Below, piece by piece: positions 1 to 9,713 of a DNA stretch of 64,000 bases. The DNA is from Verrucomicrobia subdivision 3 bacterium UBA3939. Its GTDB lineage: Bacteria; Verrucomicrobiota; Verrucomicrobiia; Limisphaerales; UBA3939. Each line of letters begins with the position of its first letter. Position 1 is the first letter of the stretch. A program made the position numbers and the translations under genes. The notes under the pieces are model-generated. The model did no database searches, was not told where the DNA came from, and saw only the letters and a list, made by a program, of their open reading frames with translations. The stretch is taken from the NCBI GenBank assembly GCA_002385705.1, contig DGDZ01000017.1, forward strand, positions 19,799 to 83,798. The letters run 5' to 3'.

Positions 1-687
1 CATGTGCGGAACACCGATAATGCCGAATTCCCGGGTGAACCGGTTTTCGTCCTGACGCTTGCCGTCGAAGTACTGCGGCCACGGCATGTCGTTCCGGCTC
101 ACAAAAGTCTCCAGCGCTTCGCGGTTCTCATCACAACTGATGCCGATGATTTCGAACCCGTCCGCGTGAAACTTCTCGTAGGCCTGTTTGACCTTCGGCA
201 GGGACACGATGCAGGGCCGGCACCAGGTCGCCCAGAAATCAATGAGCACCACCTTGCCCTTGAGTTGGGCGAGGTCCACTTCGCGCCCGTCCACGGCGGT
301 GAACTGCAACGGCACCGGTTTGCCGAGCAGGTCGATGCGATGGATGACGCCTTTGGCGCGCGCCTTGAAGGCTTCGGGCGCCGGGCTGTTGATCATTTCT
401 TCGGCCAGCTTGCGCGCCCGATCGGGATCGATCGGCTGATAATGGTTGATCAGCGAGAACAACGGGTCATAGGCGTCGCGTTCGGACGGGAAATCGCGCC
501 GCAGCGCGGCGGCGGCCTTTTCGAACTCCGCCCAGTCCACGGGCTGAGCGCGGCGGAGCTCGCGGACAGCTCGCAGGCGGGCGTCAAACGACCCGGAGGC
601 AGCGGTGTCGGCGGGGGACGAACTGAACCCGGACAGCATCAGAAGGGCCGCGATTCCGGTCGAAACGCGTGACGTGATCGCATTCAT
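1..687 (-). CDS. TlpA/ResA-like thioredoxin-fold thiol:disulfide oxidoreductase with N-terminal signal/anchor; 3' end runs off the window
   Basis: The reverse strand from ATG at 687 reads MNAITSRVSTGIAALLMLSGFSS... and contains ...VVLIDFWATWCRPC... (a CxxC redoxin motif). It is open to position 1, so the track lists no stop for it. The track ORF 4..672(+) is its antisense shadow. Confidence 0.8.
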   Translation of the reverse strand, partial: MNAITSRVSTGIAALLMLSGFSSSPADTAASGSFDARLRAVRELRRAQPVDWAEFEKAAAALRRDFPSERDAYDPLFSLINHYQPIDPDRARKLAEEMINSPAPEAFKARAKGVIHRIDLLGKPVPLQFTAVDGREVDLAQLKGKVVLIDFWATWCRPCIVSLPKVKQAYEKFHADGFEIIGISCDENREALETFVSRNDMPWPQYFDGKRQDENRFTREFGIIGVPHM

Positions 688-755
688 AGAGGCTGAGGAC
701 AGATACTGCCGAAGCGCCCGCCTCTCAAGTGTCCGTTTTCTAACTGGCAATCGGG

Positions 756-1982
756 ATGAGCGTCGCTACTTTGATCCGACGCATGAAAAAGCGGTTTGAC
801 TCCATCGAATCCGTCGCTGCCGACCTGCGAAAGGGCCGGATGGTGATTGTGGTGGACGACGCGGATCGGGAGAACGAGGGCGACCTGATCATGGCGGCGC
901 AGTTTGTCACGCCTGCAGCCATCAACTTCATGGCGAAGTACGGGCGGGGGTTGATCTGCGTCCCGACGACGTCAGAGCGGCTGCAGCAACTCGGGATCGA
1001 GCGGATGGTTCAGCAGAACCGCGAGACGTTCAAGACCGATTTCCAGGTCAGCGTCGATGCGGCGAAAGGCATTGCGAGCGGGATCAGCGCCGCGGACCGG
1101 GCGAGAACGATTCGGATCATGGCGGATCCGACGGCGTTGCCGGAAGACCTGGTGCAGCCGGGTCATGTGTTTCCGCTGCGGGCGCGTCCGGGCGGCGTGT
1201 TGCAGCGGGCCGGGCACACGGAGGCCGCGGTGGACCTGGTGACGATTGCCGGGTGCCGCCCGATCGGCGTGATCTGCGAGATCATGAACGACGACGGATC
1301 GATGGCGCGGTTGCCGCAACTGCTGCGGTTTGCGAAGCAGCACCGGCTGAAGATCTGCACCATTGCGGATTTGATCCAGTACCGGCGCACGCGCGAGAAG
1401 CTGGTGGAACGGGTGGAGGTGGTGAAGATGCCGACCGATTACGGCCAGTTCGATCTGCATCTCTACCGGTCGAAGCTTGACGGGCAGCATCACCTGGCAC
1501 TCGTTTGCGGCGACGTGGCGGGGAAGAAGAACGTGCTGGTGCGTGTGCACAGCGAGTGTCTGACGGGCGACGTGTTCGGTTCGCGCCGGTGCGATTGCGG
1601 GCCGCAGTTACACCAGGCAATGCGGCAGATTTCGGAGGCCGGGGCGGGGGTGCTGGTGTACATGCGGCAGGAAGGACGCGGGATCGGCCTGGCGCCCAAG
1701 ATCAAGGCCTACAAGCTCCAGGAGCAGGGGTACGACACCGTGGAAGCGAACCGGAAGCTGGGTTATGAAATGGACCTGCGCGAGTACGGCCTGGGCGCGC
1801 AGATCCTGGCGGACCTGGGGTTGAAGACCATTCGCCTGTTGACGAACAATCCGCGCAAGATCGTCGGCCTCGAAGGCCACGGATTGAAAATTGTCGAGCA
1901 GGTGCCGATCCGCGTGAAACCGAATCCGTACAACGAAAAGTATTTGAAAACCAAACGTTCCAAGATGGGCCATCTGTTGTGA
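756..1982 (+). CDS. ribBA: Bifunctional 3,4-dihydroxy-2-butanone-4-phosphate synthase / GTP cyclohydrolase II
   Basis: DHBP synthase motif [17 protein letters not shown] and GCH-II zinc motif [22 protein letters not shown]. Length is 408 aa. An alternative start is Met10 (nt 783). Confidence 0.95.
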   Translation: MSVATLIRRMKKRFDSIESVAADLRKGRMVIVVDDADRENEGDLIMAAQFVTPAAINFMAKYGRGLICVPTTSERLQQLGIERMVQQNRETFKTDFQVSVDAAKGIASGISAADRARTIRIMADPTALPEDLVQPGHVFPLRARPGGVLQRAGHTEAAVDLVTIAGCRPIGVICEIMNDDGSMARLPQLLRFAKQHRLKICTIADLIQYRRTREKLVERVEVVKMPTDYGQFDLHLYRSKLDGQHHLALVCGDVAGKKNVLVRVHSECLTGDVFGSRRCDCGPQLHQAMRQISEAGAGVLVYMRQEGRGIGLAPKIKAYKLQEQGYDTVEANRKLGYEMDLREYGLGAQILADLGLKTIRLLTNNPRKIVGLEGHGLKIVEQVPIRVKPNPYNEKYLKTKRSKMGHLL

Positions 1983-2037
1983 ACCGGCCGCACGATCGGC
2001 GATCACAATCTGTAAGGCACATCAAGCGGTCAGAACC

Positions 2038-2511
2038 ATGTTAAGACCTGTCAAGACTGTGCGGCGACGGAAGAGTTCCGGATCGTTCGTCATCGTCGCT
2101 TCCCGCTACAACGAACGATACGTGAACGGGATGCTGTCGGCGGCCAAAGCGGAATTGAATCGCGCCGGCGCGAGTGTTCGCGTGATCCGTGTTCCCGGCG
2201 CATTCGAAATCCCCGCCGTGGCCGCGAAAGTGGCAGACGACGGCGCCGGCGGGACCGGGCGCGTATCGGGCATCATCTGCCTTGGGGTGATTTTTCAGGG
2301 GCAGACGAGCCATGCGCAGCACATCGGCTGGGGTGTGACGCATGCGCTGGCGCAGATCCAGGTGCAGTACAGGCTGCCGGTGATTCACGGCGTGTTCGTC
2401 TTTGAAAAGAAGGAACACGCCGCGGTGCGGTGCCTGGGGAAGAAGCACAACCGCGGGACCGAGGCCGCGCGCACGGCGCTCGAGATGGCCAGGGTGATGG
2501 CGGACAGTTGA
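2038..2511 (+). CDS. ribH: 6,7-dimethyl-8-ribityllumazine synthase
   Basis: 157 aa with FVIVASRYNERYVNGML and VPGAFEIPAVAAKVA, typical of RibH. It lies immediately downstream of ribBA. Confidence 0.9.
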   Translation: MLRPVKTVRRRKSSGSFVIVASRYNERYVNGMLSAAKAELNRAGASVRVIRVPGAFEIPAVAAKVADDGAGGTGRVSGIICLGVIFQGQTSHAQHIGWGVTHALAQIQVQYRLPVIHGVFVFEKKEHAAVRCLGKKHNRGTEAARTALEMARVMADS

Positions 2512-2514
2512 GAC

Positions 2515-3876
2515 ATGCGCACATTGATCAAGCACGTTCTTGCAGCGACGGCGCCGGTGGACCGGGTGCTGGTGAAAGGCTGGGTCCGCACGCGCCGGGA
2601 TTCGAAGGGTTTTTCGTTCATTGAACTCAACGACGGTTCCTGTCTTGCGAGTTTGCAGGTGGTGGTGGACGCGAGCGTGCCGGGCGCGGATCCGTTGCAG
2701 CGGTTCACCACCGGCGCTTCAGCGGTCGTCGAAGGCCAGCTCCTGCCGTCCCCGGCGCAGGGACAGAAATGGGAGTTGCGCGCGACGCGGATTGAACTGC
2801 TGGGCGCGGCGGATGCCAGTTATCCGCTTCAGAAGAAGGGGCATACCGCGGAGTTCCTGCGGACGATTGCGCATTTGCGTCCGCGGTCGAATCTGTATGG
2901 CGCCATGTTCCGCATTCGCAGCCGGCTTGCGTTTGCCGTGCATCAGTTCTTCCAGGAACGCGACTTTGTTTACATCCACACGCCGATCATCACCGCCAGC
3001 GATTGCGAGGGAGCGGGCGAACTGTTCCGGGTGACGACGTTGAAAGGGCAGCCGGGCGAGAAGCCCGAGCAGGATTTCTTCGGCAAACCGACGTTCCTGA
3101 CCGTGAGCGGCCAGTTGGAGGCCGAAGCCTTCGCATGCGCGCTGTCGAATGTGTACACGTTCGGCCCCACGTTCCGCGCGGAGAACTCGAACACGGCGCG
3201 GCACGCGGCGGAGTTCTGGATGATCGAACCCGAGATGGCGTTTTGCGATCTCCAGGCGGACATGGATCTGGGCGAGGAATTCATCAAGGCGATGGCGCGG
3301 TATGCGTTGGAGCAGTGCGCCGAGGATCTGGCCGTGTTCGAGCGGTTCGTGGACAAGGGCGTTCGGGAGCGATTGACGTTCGTGGTGGAACGGCCGTTTG
3401 TCCGGGTGCCGTATGCGGAAGCGATCGAGATCCTGAAGAAATCGGGGCGCCGGTTCGAGTTCCCGATTGAGCACGGTCTGAACCTGCAGTCCGAGCACGA
3501 GCGTTTCCTGACCGAGGAACACTTCAAGTCGCCGACCACGGTGTTCAACTATCCGCGTGAGATCAAACCGTTCTACATGCGCTTGAACGACGACGGTGGG
3601 ACGGTGGCGGCGATGGACGTGCTGGTGCCGGGGATCGGGGAAGTGATCGGCGGCGCGCAACGCGAGGAACGGCTGGAAGCGCTGCTCGAGAACATGAAGC
3701 AGCACCATTTGAAACCGGAGGATTACTGGTGGTACCTGGACCTGCGGCGGTTCGGCACGGTGCCGCACGCGGGGTTTGGTGTGGGGTTTGAACGGCTGCT
3801 GATGTTCCTGACGGGCATGCCGAACATTCGAGACGTGATTCCGTTCGCGCGCACGCCGGGCCACGCCGAGTTTTGA
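2515..3876 (+). CDS. asnS: Asparagine--tRNA ligase
   Basis: 453 aa. N-terminal OB fold ([23 protein letters not shown]) and class II motifs [24 protein letters not shown] and GFGVGFERL. Confidence 0.95.
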   Translation: MRTLIKHVLAATAPVDRVLVKGWVRTRRDSKGFSFIELNDGSCLASLQVVVDASVPGADPLQRFTTGASAVVEGQLLPSPAQGQKWELRATRIELLGAADASYPLQKKGHTAEFLRTIAHLRPRSNLYGAMFRIRSRLAFAVHQFFQERDFVYIHTPIITASDCEGAGELFRVTTLKGQPGEKPEQDFFGKPTFLTVSGQLEAEAFACALSNVYTFGPTFRAENSNTARHAAEFWMIEPEMAFCDLQADMDLGEEFIKAMARYALEQCAEDLAVFERFVDKGVRERLTFVVERPFVRVPYAEAIEILKKSGRRFEFPIEHGLNLQSEHERFLTEEHFKSPTTVFNYPREIKPFYMRLNDDGGTVAAMDVLVPGIGEVIGGAQREERLEALLENMKQHHLKPEDYWWYLDLRRFGTVPHAGFGVGFERLLMFLTGMPNIRDVIPFARTPGHAEF

Positions 3877-3877
3877 A

Positions 3878-4108
3878 CGTCCAACATCCAGGAAACGGCG
3901 ACGGCGGGTGAACCGCGAATGGACGCGAATGAACGCGAATACTGCCGGAGCGCGGCTGTGTCCCGCAGAGCGGGACCAGCCGCAGCAGGTGGAAGAACCG
4001 TGAGTCCACGGGTCCTGCATGCGCGTCAACGGAACATCAGATCCCGAAGGGATTCCATCGCAAAGCCCACGGTTGTCCCGCAGTCGCGGGACAACCCCGG
4101 GTAAGCAT
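3878..4108 (+). repeat. Composite multi-hairpin intergenic repeat, left copy
   Basis: Contains hairpins gtcccgc-aga-gcgggac (3960-3976) and gttgtcccgc-agtc-gcgggacaac (4072-4095), plus gatccc-gaa-gggat. The 40-nt core at 3947-3986 is an exact reverse complement of 4349-4388. Confidence 0.85.
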
Positions 4109-4227
4109 CAAGAGAAGGTCATGAACCGCAACGCGGTTTGGCCCGGTGGCCTGACCATTCGGATTGTATGGCGCTCAGGTGATCTTCTCAGGGCGCAACC
4201 TCGTTGAGGTTGAGAATATTTTGGGAT

Positions 4228-4447
4228 TGGTTACCCAGGGTAACCCAGCAATTGCGGGCTACCCTGGGCTGGAGGACGGAATCCCGTTGGGATTCTGATG
4301 TTCCGCTCGCGCGCATGCTGAACTCAGAGTCACACATTTCGTCCACGCGCTGCGGCTGGTCCCGCTCTGCGGGACACAGCCGCGCTCCAATGCCATTTGC
4401 GTTTCATTCGCCGTTTGCCGTTCCCTGGATGTTCGATGTTGGATGTT
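4228..4447 (-). repeat. Composite multi-hairpin intergenic repeat, right copy, inverted relative to 3878-4108
   Basis: The reverse complement aligns module by module with the left copy: aacatccaacatc..., the 40-nt core, gcatgcgcg..cggaacatcaga, ggaatccc-gtt-gggattcc, and ...ccctgggtaa. Confidence 0.85.
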
Positions 4448-4619
4448 TTCCCTTATCCGGTGGAGCAAGCGTCCCCGCGAGCCGTCGTTCGATGTGGCAC
4501 ATCTTCCAAAACGACTCCTTGCGTCGTCGCCTGCAATGTTGAATGTGGCGTGTGTGCTTCGGCCTGCTGACGTTGCTTCTCGACGTGAGACGCGGGGTGC
4601 GGCTACTTTAACGGGCTGA

Positions 4620-5276
4620 ATGGATGCCAATTTGATTGTTGACGGGCTGATCATGTACCTCGGCCTGGTGGTGCTGCTGACGTTCCACGAGTTCGGTCAC
4701 GCGTGGACGGCGATGCGATGCGGGGACGACACGGCCAAACTTCGGGGCCGCGTGTCCCTGAATCCGATCGTCCACATCGATCCGATCGGGACCGTGGTAA
4801 TGCCGCTGCTGATGATCTTTCTGTCTGCGAGCGGTTCCGGCCTCGGGAGGTTTTTGATCGGCTGGGCGAAACCGGTGCCGGTGAATCCGCACAATCTGCG
4901 GCGGCCAAAGCTGGATGACATTCTCGTCTCGCTGGCGGGGCCATGGATGAACGTGATGCTGGCGGCGGTGCTGGTGGGTATGGCGCGCCTGGGGGTGGCC
5001 GTGGAACTGCACGCGGCGGCGGAGTTCTGTTGGGACATGGCGCTGATCAGCCTGTTCCTGTGCTTCTTCAATCTGCTGCCGATCCCGCCGCTGGACGGTT
5101 CGCAAGTCATGCGCGTGCTGATAGGCATGAGTTTCGAAACCTATTATCGCATCGCGCAGTACGGCTTCATCCTCATCATCCTTGTGTTGCAGATTCCGCT
5201 GGTGCGCTGGTTGATCGCGGTGGCGAGTCGCGCAACGCGGGATCTGCTGGCGCGCTTGTTCGGACTGGCCGGTTGA
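4620..5276 (+). CDS. Site-2 protease family (peptidase M50) integral membrane metalloprotease
   Basis: HEFGHAW (HExxH) lies in the first TM segment. LNPIVHIDPIGT and the NLLPIPPLDG motif are present, and the protein is multi-TM. Confidence 0.85.
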   Translation: MDANLIVDGLIMYLGLVVLLTFHEFGHAWTAMRCGDDTAKLRGRVSLNPIVHIDPIGTVVMPLLMIFLSASGSGLGRFLIGWAKPVPVNPHNLRRPKLDDILVSLAGPWMNVMLAAVLVGMARLGVAVELHAAAEFCWDMALISLFLCFFNLLPIPPLDGSQVMRVLIGMSFETYYRIAQYGFILIILVLQIPLVRWLIAVASRATRDLLARLFGLAG

Positions 5277-5310
5277 CGCTCGAAAACGGCGAGGTCAACA
5301 CCTCTCGGTG

Positions 5311-6795
5311 TCACCTCCGCAATTTCGCGAAGCGCTCCCGGACAGCCGCCCACGCGGAAACGTCCTGCGGCTGGAACTCGACCACCTCGGTGGATCCGCG
5401 CACAACGGCGCGGATGTCGGCCAGGGACTTGAGCTCGCCGTGAGACCGGACCTGGACGAGCACATTGCCCAGCACGGTGGCTTCGACGGGCCCGGCGAGC
5501 ACGGGGCGATTGGCCGCGTTGGCCGTGAACTGATTCAGCAGCTGATTGCGTGAGCCGCCGCCGACGATGTGCAGCGTGTCGATCTTCACGCCGGTGAGTT
5601 GCTCCAATCCGTCCAGCACGGCGGCGTAGGTGAGCGCGAGGCTTTCGAGCACGCAACGGATGAGCTGCCCTTCGGTCTCAGGCACGGGCTGGTCGGTTTC
5701 GCGGCAGAACTCCTGGATCGCCGCCGGCATATCAGGCGGATTCAGGAAACGGCTGTCGTCGGGATCCACCAGAGATCGGAACGGCGGCGCTTCGGCGGCC
5801 AGGCGAACCAGCGTTTCGTAATCGAGATCGTTGCCCTTCTCCCGGAACGCGCGCCGGCATTGTTGCACGAGCCAGAGGCCCATGATGTTCTTGAGCAGGC
5901 GATAGGTGCCGTCGATGCCGCCTTCGTTGGTGAAGTTCAACTCGAGCACGCGCGGCGACAGCAGGGCGTCCTGGACCTCGACGCCGAGGAGCGACCAGGT
6001 GCCGGAGCTGAGGTAGGCCCAGTTGCACTTGCCGGTCGAGGGAGACGGAACGCCCGCCACCGCGGAGCCGGTGTCGTGAGCGGCGGGGGCGACGACGTGA
6101 ATGCGGTTCAAGCCGGTGCGATCGGCCAGAGACGGCCGGAGGAGGCCCAGCCGCGATCCCGGCGGCACGATCTCAGGGAAGATCCTTTCGGGCAGACCGA
6201 ACTTCTGGAGGAGATCGGTGGCCCACGCGCGTTTCTTCGGGTTCACGCACTGGCTGGTGGTGGCGATGGTAAACTCCGACGCGCGCGCGCCGCACAGGCA
6301 GAAGTGCAGGAAATCCGGCGTGAGCAGGAGCGTATCCGCGGCGGCGAGCAGTTCGGGGCTGGTTTTCTGCAGCGCAATCAACTGGAACAGCGTGTTGAGT
6401 TCCATGAACTGCAGCCCGGTGGCGGCGAAGATTTCCTCGCGCGGGACTTTGGCGAAGGCCCTGGCGAAGATGCCCCGCGTGCGGGCGTCGCGGTAGTGCA
6501 CAGGCAACCCGAGCAATTCGCCGCTCTTCGAGATCAAGGCGAAATCCACGCCCCAGGTGTCCACGCCGACGGACACGATGGCGCTGCCGAATCGCTTTGC
6601 GGCGATGGACAGGCCCGCGAGGATTTCCGCCCAGAGGCCGAGCGTGTTCCATCGCAGGGCTTCGTTCATCCACACGCCGCCGTTGGGGAACCGGTGCAAT
6701 TCCTCGAGTTGCACGCGTTTGCCGTCCCAGTGGCCGGCCATGACGCGCCCGCTTTCGGCGCCGATGTCGATACCGAGATAGACCTGCTGGCTCAT
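5311..6795 (-). CDS. rhaB: FGGY-family carbohydrate kinase, rhamnulokinase-like
   Basis: 494 aa. The N-terminus GIDIGAESGRVMAG...LHRFPNG resembles RhaB (DLGASSGRVM...HRFNNG), and a C-terminal FGGY block IHIVGGGSRNQLLNQ is present. Confidence 0.7.
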   Translation of the reverse strand: MSQQVYLGIDIGAESGRVMAGHWDGKRVQLEELHRFPNGGVWMNEALRWNTLGLWAEILAGLSIAAKRFGSAIVSVGVDTWGVDFALISKSGELLGLPVHYRDARTRGIFARAFAKVPREEIFAATGLQFMELNTLFQLIALQKTSPELLAAADTLLLTPDFLHFCLCGARASEFTIATTSQCVNPKKRAWATDLLQKFGLPERIFPEIVPPGSRLGLLRPSLADRTGLNRIHVVAPAAHDTGSAVAGVPSPSTGKCNWAYLSSGTWSLLGVEVQDALLSPRVLELNFTNEGGIDGTYRLLKNIMGLWLVQQCRRAFREKGNDLDYETLVRLAAEAPPFRSLVDPDDSRFLNPPDMPAAIQEFCRETDQPVPETEGQLIRCVLESLALTYAAVLDGLEQLTGVKIDTLHIVGGGSRNQLLNQFTANAANRPVLAGPVEATVLGNVLVQVRSHGELKSLADIRAVVRGSTEVVEFQPQDVSAWAAVRERFAKLRR

Positions 6796-6814
6796 TGAGT
6801 GGAACCGTGCCCGA

Positions 6815-8587
6815 CTACTTCATCTTCACCTGCTCGAACCGCGGCGCGAGCAAGTGATGGATGGCGAACGTCACCAGGTAGGCAAAGGCGCAGATGCCGA
6901 ACAGGATGGCGTACCCGCCGGTGACGTTGTTGGCGGCGCTGAACTTGTCGAGGATCTTTCCGCAATAGATGGGGAACATGATGCCGCAGAACGCGCCGGC
7001 GAGACCGCCGATGCCGGTGACGGAAGCGACGGCCCGCTTCGGGAACATGTCCGAGACGGTTGTAAAGAGATTGGCCGACCATGCCTGGTGGGCGGAACCG
7101 GCGAGTGCGATCAGGAGCACCGCCATCCAATCGCCAACGTGAGTGACGCCGAGAATCGGCAGAACGCAGCAGGCGAAGATGAACATGCCGGTCTTGCGCG
7201 CCCGGGTGACCGACCAGCCGAACTTCGTCAGGTATCCTGTCACCCAGCCGCCGGCGATGCTCAACACCGTGATAATGGTATAGATCGTGACCAGATGAAT
7301 CCAACTCTGCTTGATGTCGAGTCCGCGCGTCTGTTTGAAGTAGTCCGGCAACCAGATCAGGAAGAACCACCAGATCGGGTCGGTCATGAACTTGGCGACA
7401 ATGAACGACCACGTCTCGCGATGCCCGAGCAGTCCGGGATCCGTCTCCTCCGGGCCGTACGCGTTGGGTCCGGGTTTGCCCGGGACGAATCCCGCCACAG
7501 CGAACCCGGCCAGGGCCAGAACAACAGGCCATAATGAAACCAGCTTGAGCCAGTCACCGCCCCACTCGAGGCCCCGCGCCCCAGCCAGGGATCGCAGGCC
7601 GGCTGCAATGACAATGGCGATTGCCAGTGGCACGGCAATCATAGCCGTGGACTTGCCAAGATCGTGAAAGCGCCGCGCCTGCAATGAGAGCAACGCCAGC
7701 GTCGCCACGGTCGCCCATACCACCCCGATGATCTGGCTGACGACCGTTCCCGTGCGGCCAAGCACGGTAAACAGGTCCATCAAAACGAACGCGAAAACGA
7801 AGCTCAATCCCACCAGAGCCAGGCCAACACCCCACAGGGAAGCGCGCGGACAGCGGCCTTGAAACGTGAACATGGCCGCAACAAGTCCCCTGGACCGCTC
7901 GCCCGCGGCGTCGGCCGCCGCCTCGTCGAGATCACTGCGAATATGGTCCAGTTCCGCCTTCGACAGGCGTTTGACCTTGTCGGGGACGTTGTAGAAGGGG
8001 ATCCAGAGGAACAACCAGAGGAGGCCGGCGATGCCGGCTGCGATAAAAGCCGCCCTCCATCCGAATTGATAGGCAATCCAGGGTACGATCGCCGGGGCCA
8101 GGATGGCGCCGACGTTGGTGCCCGCGTTGAAAATACTCGTGGCGAAGGCGCGTTCCTTTTTCGGAAACCAAAGCGCAGTGGCCTTGATGGCGGACGGGAA
8201 GTTGCCGCCTTCACCCAACCCAAGCGCCAGGCGCGCTGTGAAGAAACCGGCGGCAGAGCCGACGGCGGCGTGTCCGATGGCCGCAAGGCTCCACGCCGCA
8301 ATGGATACCGCGTAGCCGATCTTCGTCCCGAAGCGGTCGATGAACCAGCCGAAGAGCAGCAGGCCGATCCCGTAAGCCCCCTGGAAAGCGCCGTTGACAC
8401 GGCCGAAATCCGCGTTTGACCAGCCCAATTCCTCGTCGAGGATCTCCTTGATCAGCGAAAGGATTTGGCGATCCACATAATTGATCGTCGTGGCAAAGAA
8501 GAGGAGCGCGCAGATTACCCATCGATAATTGCCAATCGCAGCAGCGACGGACGACGAGGCCGGTGGTTGAGCAGTCGGCTTTTGCAT
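6815..8587 (-). CDS. MFS transporter (ACS/ExuT hexuronate-type) with a DUF805-like 4-TM domain inserted in the central loop
   Basis: MFS/ExuT hallmarks are INYVDRQILS, GLGEGGNFPS and DPIWWFFLIWLPDYF. Residues ~231-381 carry DUF805 hallmarks FTFQGRCPRASLW, ARRFHDLGKS and GKPGPNAYGPE. At 590 aa it is well above the ~430 aa I expect for ExuT-type transporters (from memory). Confidence 0.85.
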   Translation of the reverse strand: MQKPTAQPPASSSVAAAIGNYRWVICALLFFATTINYVDRQILSLIKEILDEELGWSNADFGRVNGAFQGAYGIGLLLFGWFIDRFGTKIGYAVSIAAWSLAAIGHAAVGSAAGFFTARLALGLGEGGNFPSAIKATALWFPKKERAFATSIFNAGTNVGAILAPAIVPWIAYQFGWRAAFIAAGIAGLLWLFLWIPFYNVPDKVKRLSKAELDHIRSDLDEAAADAAGERSRGLVAAMFTFQGRCPRASLWGVGLALVGLSFVFAFVLMDLFTVLGRTGTVVSQIIGVVWATVATLALLSLQARRFHDLGKSTAMIAVPLAIAIVIAAGLRSLAGARGLEWGGDWLKLVSLWPVVLALAGFAVAGFVPGKPGPNAYGPEETDPGLLGHRETWSFIVAKFMTDPIWWFFLIWLPDYFKQTRGLDIKQSWIHLVTIYTIITVLSIAGGWVTGYLTKFGWSVTRARKTGMFIFACCVLPILGVTHVGDWMAVLLIALAGSAHQAWSANLFTTVSDMFPKRAVASVTGIGGLAGAFCGIMFPIYCGKILDKFSAANNVTGGYAILFGICAFAYLVTFAIHHLLAPRFEQVKMK

Positions 8588-8997
8588 GCTCGTGTTGGTG
8601 TATCAATCCGCATCGATGGAAACAAGCCGTGATCGCGCAATGCATTCACTGTTTTGTGCACCGGGCAGACGATGGCTTTTGGATCACTTGCTTCAGAATT
8701 GAAACAGCGATTGGGTTGGTTCACTCCAGTTCCACGGTTTCGTGCGGCGCAAGGCGCATCCCGTTGAATGGGGGTTCCGGGATCCGGCGGCTTGTCGAAT
8801 GAACGTCAGAACCGGAGTTGAATCGTCGGCTACAGAAGACGAAACCCTGAAGAGAAGACCGGCCTAGCATACGAGTCGATACGGCACAATGTTTTAGCTT
8901 AGAATGAGCCAGTATGACCCTTTTTTGGCTTTGCGACATTGTGTCGCTGTGTGTGTAATAAACGGTATATCAACCACTTACGATATTGTTATCCTGT

Positions 8998-9013
8998 GGC
9001 ATCTAGTCTGCAA
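8998..9013 (+). promoter_or_regulatory. Candidate sigma-54 (-24/-12) promoter upstream of hsp20
   Basis: TGGCATctagtCTGCA compared with consensus TGGCAC-N5-TTGCA. GG and GC are at the correct spacing. It lies about 130 nt upstream of the hsp20 ATG. Confidence 0.3.
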
Positions 9014-9142
9014 TTGAAGATTGTAGCGCGGCAGACCCATTCGGGTGAATGGGAGTTGGATGTTGCGCGCACACTCAACCGGCACTGAGTGCAGACCCGG
9101 TGGGCGTGCTGAGTTGAACCAGTCTGCAAAGAGAAAGGTTTG

Positions 9143-9610
9143 ATGCGTATGAGTTCGTTGATTCGCTGGAATCCCTTCCGTGAGATGGAAGAGCTGCAAC
9201 GGCGGATGTCCTCGTTGTTTGACTGGAGCCCCTTCCGTCACAGCCCACTGATCTCGGATGACGAGACGTTCTCGGTACCTCAATGGGCGCCGCTGGTGGA
9301 CATTGTTGAGGACGAGAAGGAGTACACCATCAAGGTGGAGCTGCCGGAAGTGAACAAGGACGATGTGAACGTGACGGTCGAGAACGGCACGTTGAGCATC
9401 TCCGGCGAGCGCAAAAGCGAGAAGGAGTCCAAAGGTCGCAGGTTCCATCGCATGGAACGCTACTATGGCCGGTTTGAACGCAGCTTCTCGATCCCGGACG
9501 ATGCGGACCCGGACAAGGTCAAGGCGGAGTTCAAGGATGGGGTGTTGCGGGTGCACCTGGCCAAGAGCGAAAAGACGCGTCCTCGCCAGATCGAAGTCAA
9601 GGCGAGCTGA
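9143..9610 (+). CDS. Hsp20/alpha-crystallin family small heat-shock protein
   Basis: Alpha-crystallin domain: PLVDIVEDEKEYTIKVELPEV...GERK...ERYYGRFERSFSIP...KAEFKDGVLRVHL. The track start at 9140 is TTG; I use the ATG at 9143. Confidence 0.9.
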   Translation: MRMSSLIRWNPFREMEELQRRMSSLFDWSPFRHSPLISDDETFSVPQWAPLVDIVEDEKEYTIKVELPEVNKDDVNVTVENGTLSISGERKSEKESKGRRFHRMERYYGRFERSFSIPDDADPDKVKAEFKDGVLRVHLAKSEKTRPRQIEVKAS

Positions 9611-9649
9611 TCGCGCAAGGGAGGTTCTGCCTGAGGGAGTTGGGTAGAG

Positions 9650-9689
9650 AAACAAGCCGGCCGTTGCAGGCCGGCTTGTTTTATTTTTG
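9650..9689 (+). terminator. Rho-independent terminator of hsp20
   Basis: Perfect 12-bp stem aacaagccggcc / ggccggcttgtt with loop gttgca, followed by ttatttttg. Confidence 0.85.
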
Positions 9690-9713
9690 AACAGTCAACA
9701 CCCAGGGGATTTG

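Noticed and set aside
4-672. 222-aa plus-strand ORF at the left edge.
   Set aside because: It is antisense to a thioredoxin-fold gene with an unmistakable FWATWCRPC motif and signal peptide. The plus-strand product has no motifs and is Arg/Gly-rich.
688-755. Possible FMN riboswitch (RFN element) upstream of ribBA.
   Set aside because: Only 68 nt are available, and I could not find the conserved RFN core. That is too short for a ~130-nt aptamer plus expression platform.
3878-4447. The inverted-repeat structure considered as an insertion sequence or prophage end.
   Set aside because: No transposase or integrase ORF lies inside or nearby. The interior of about 120 nt is too small to encode one. 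It is retained as a non-autonomous repeat or structured element instead.
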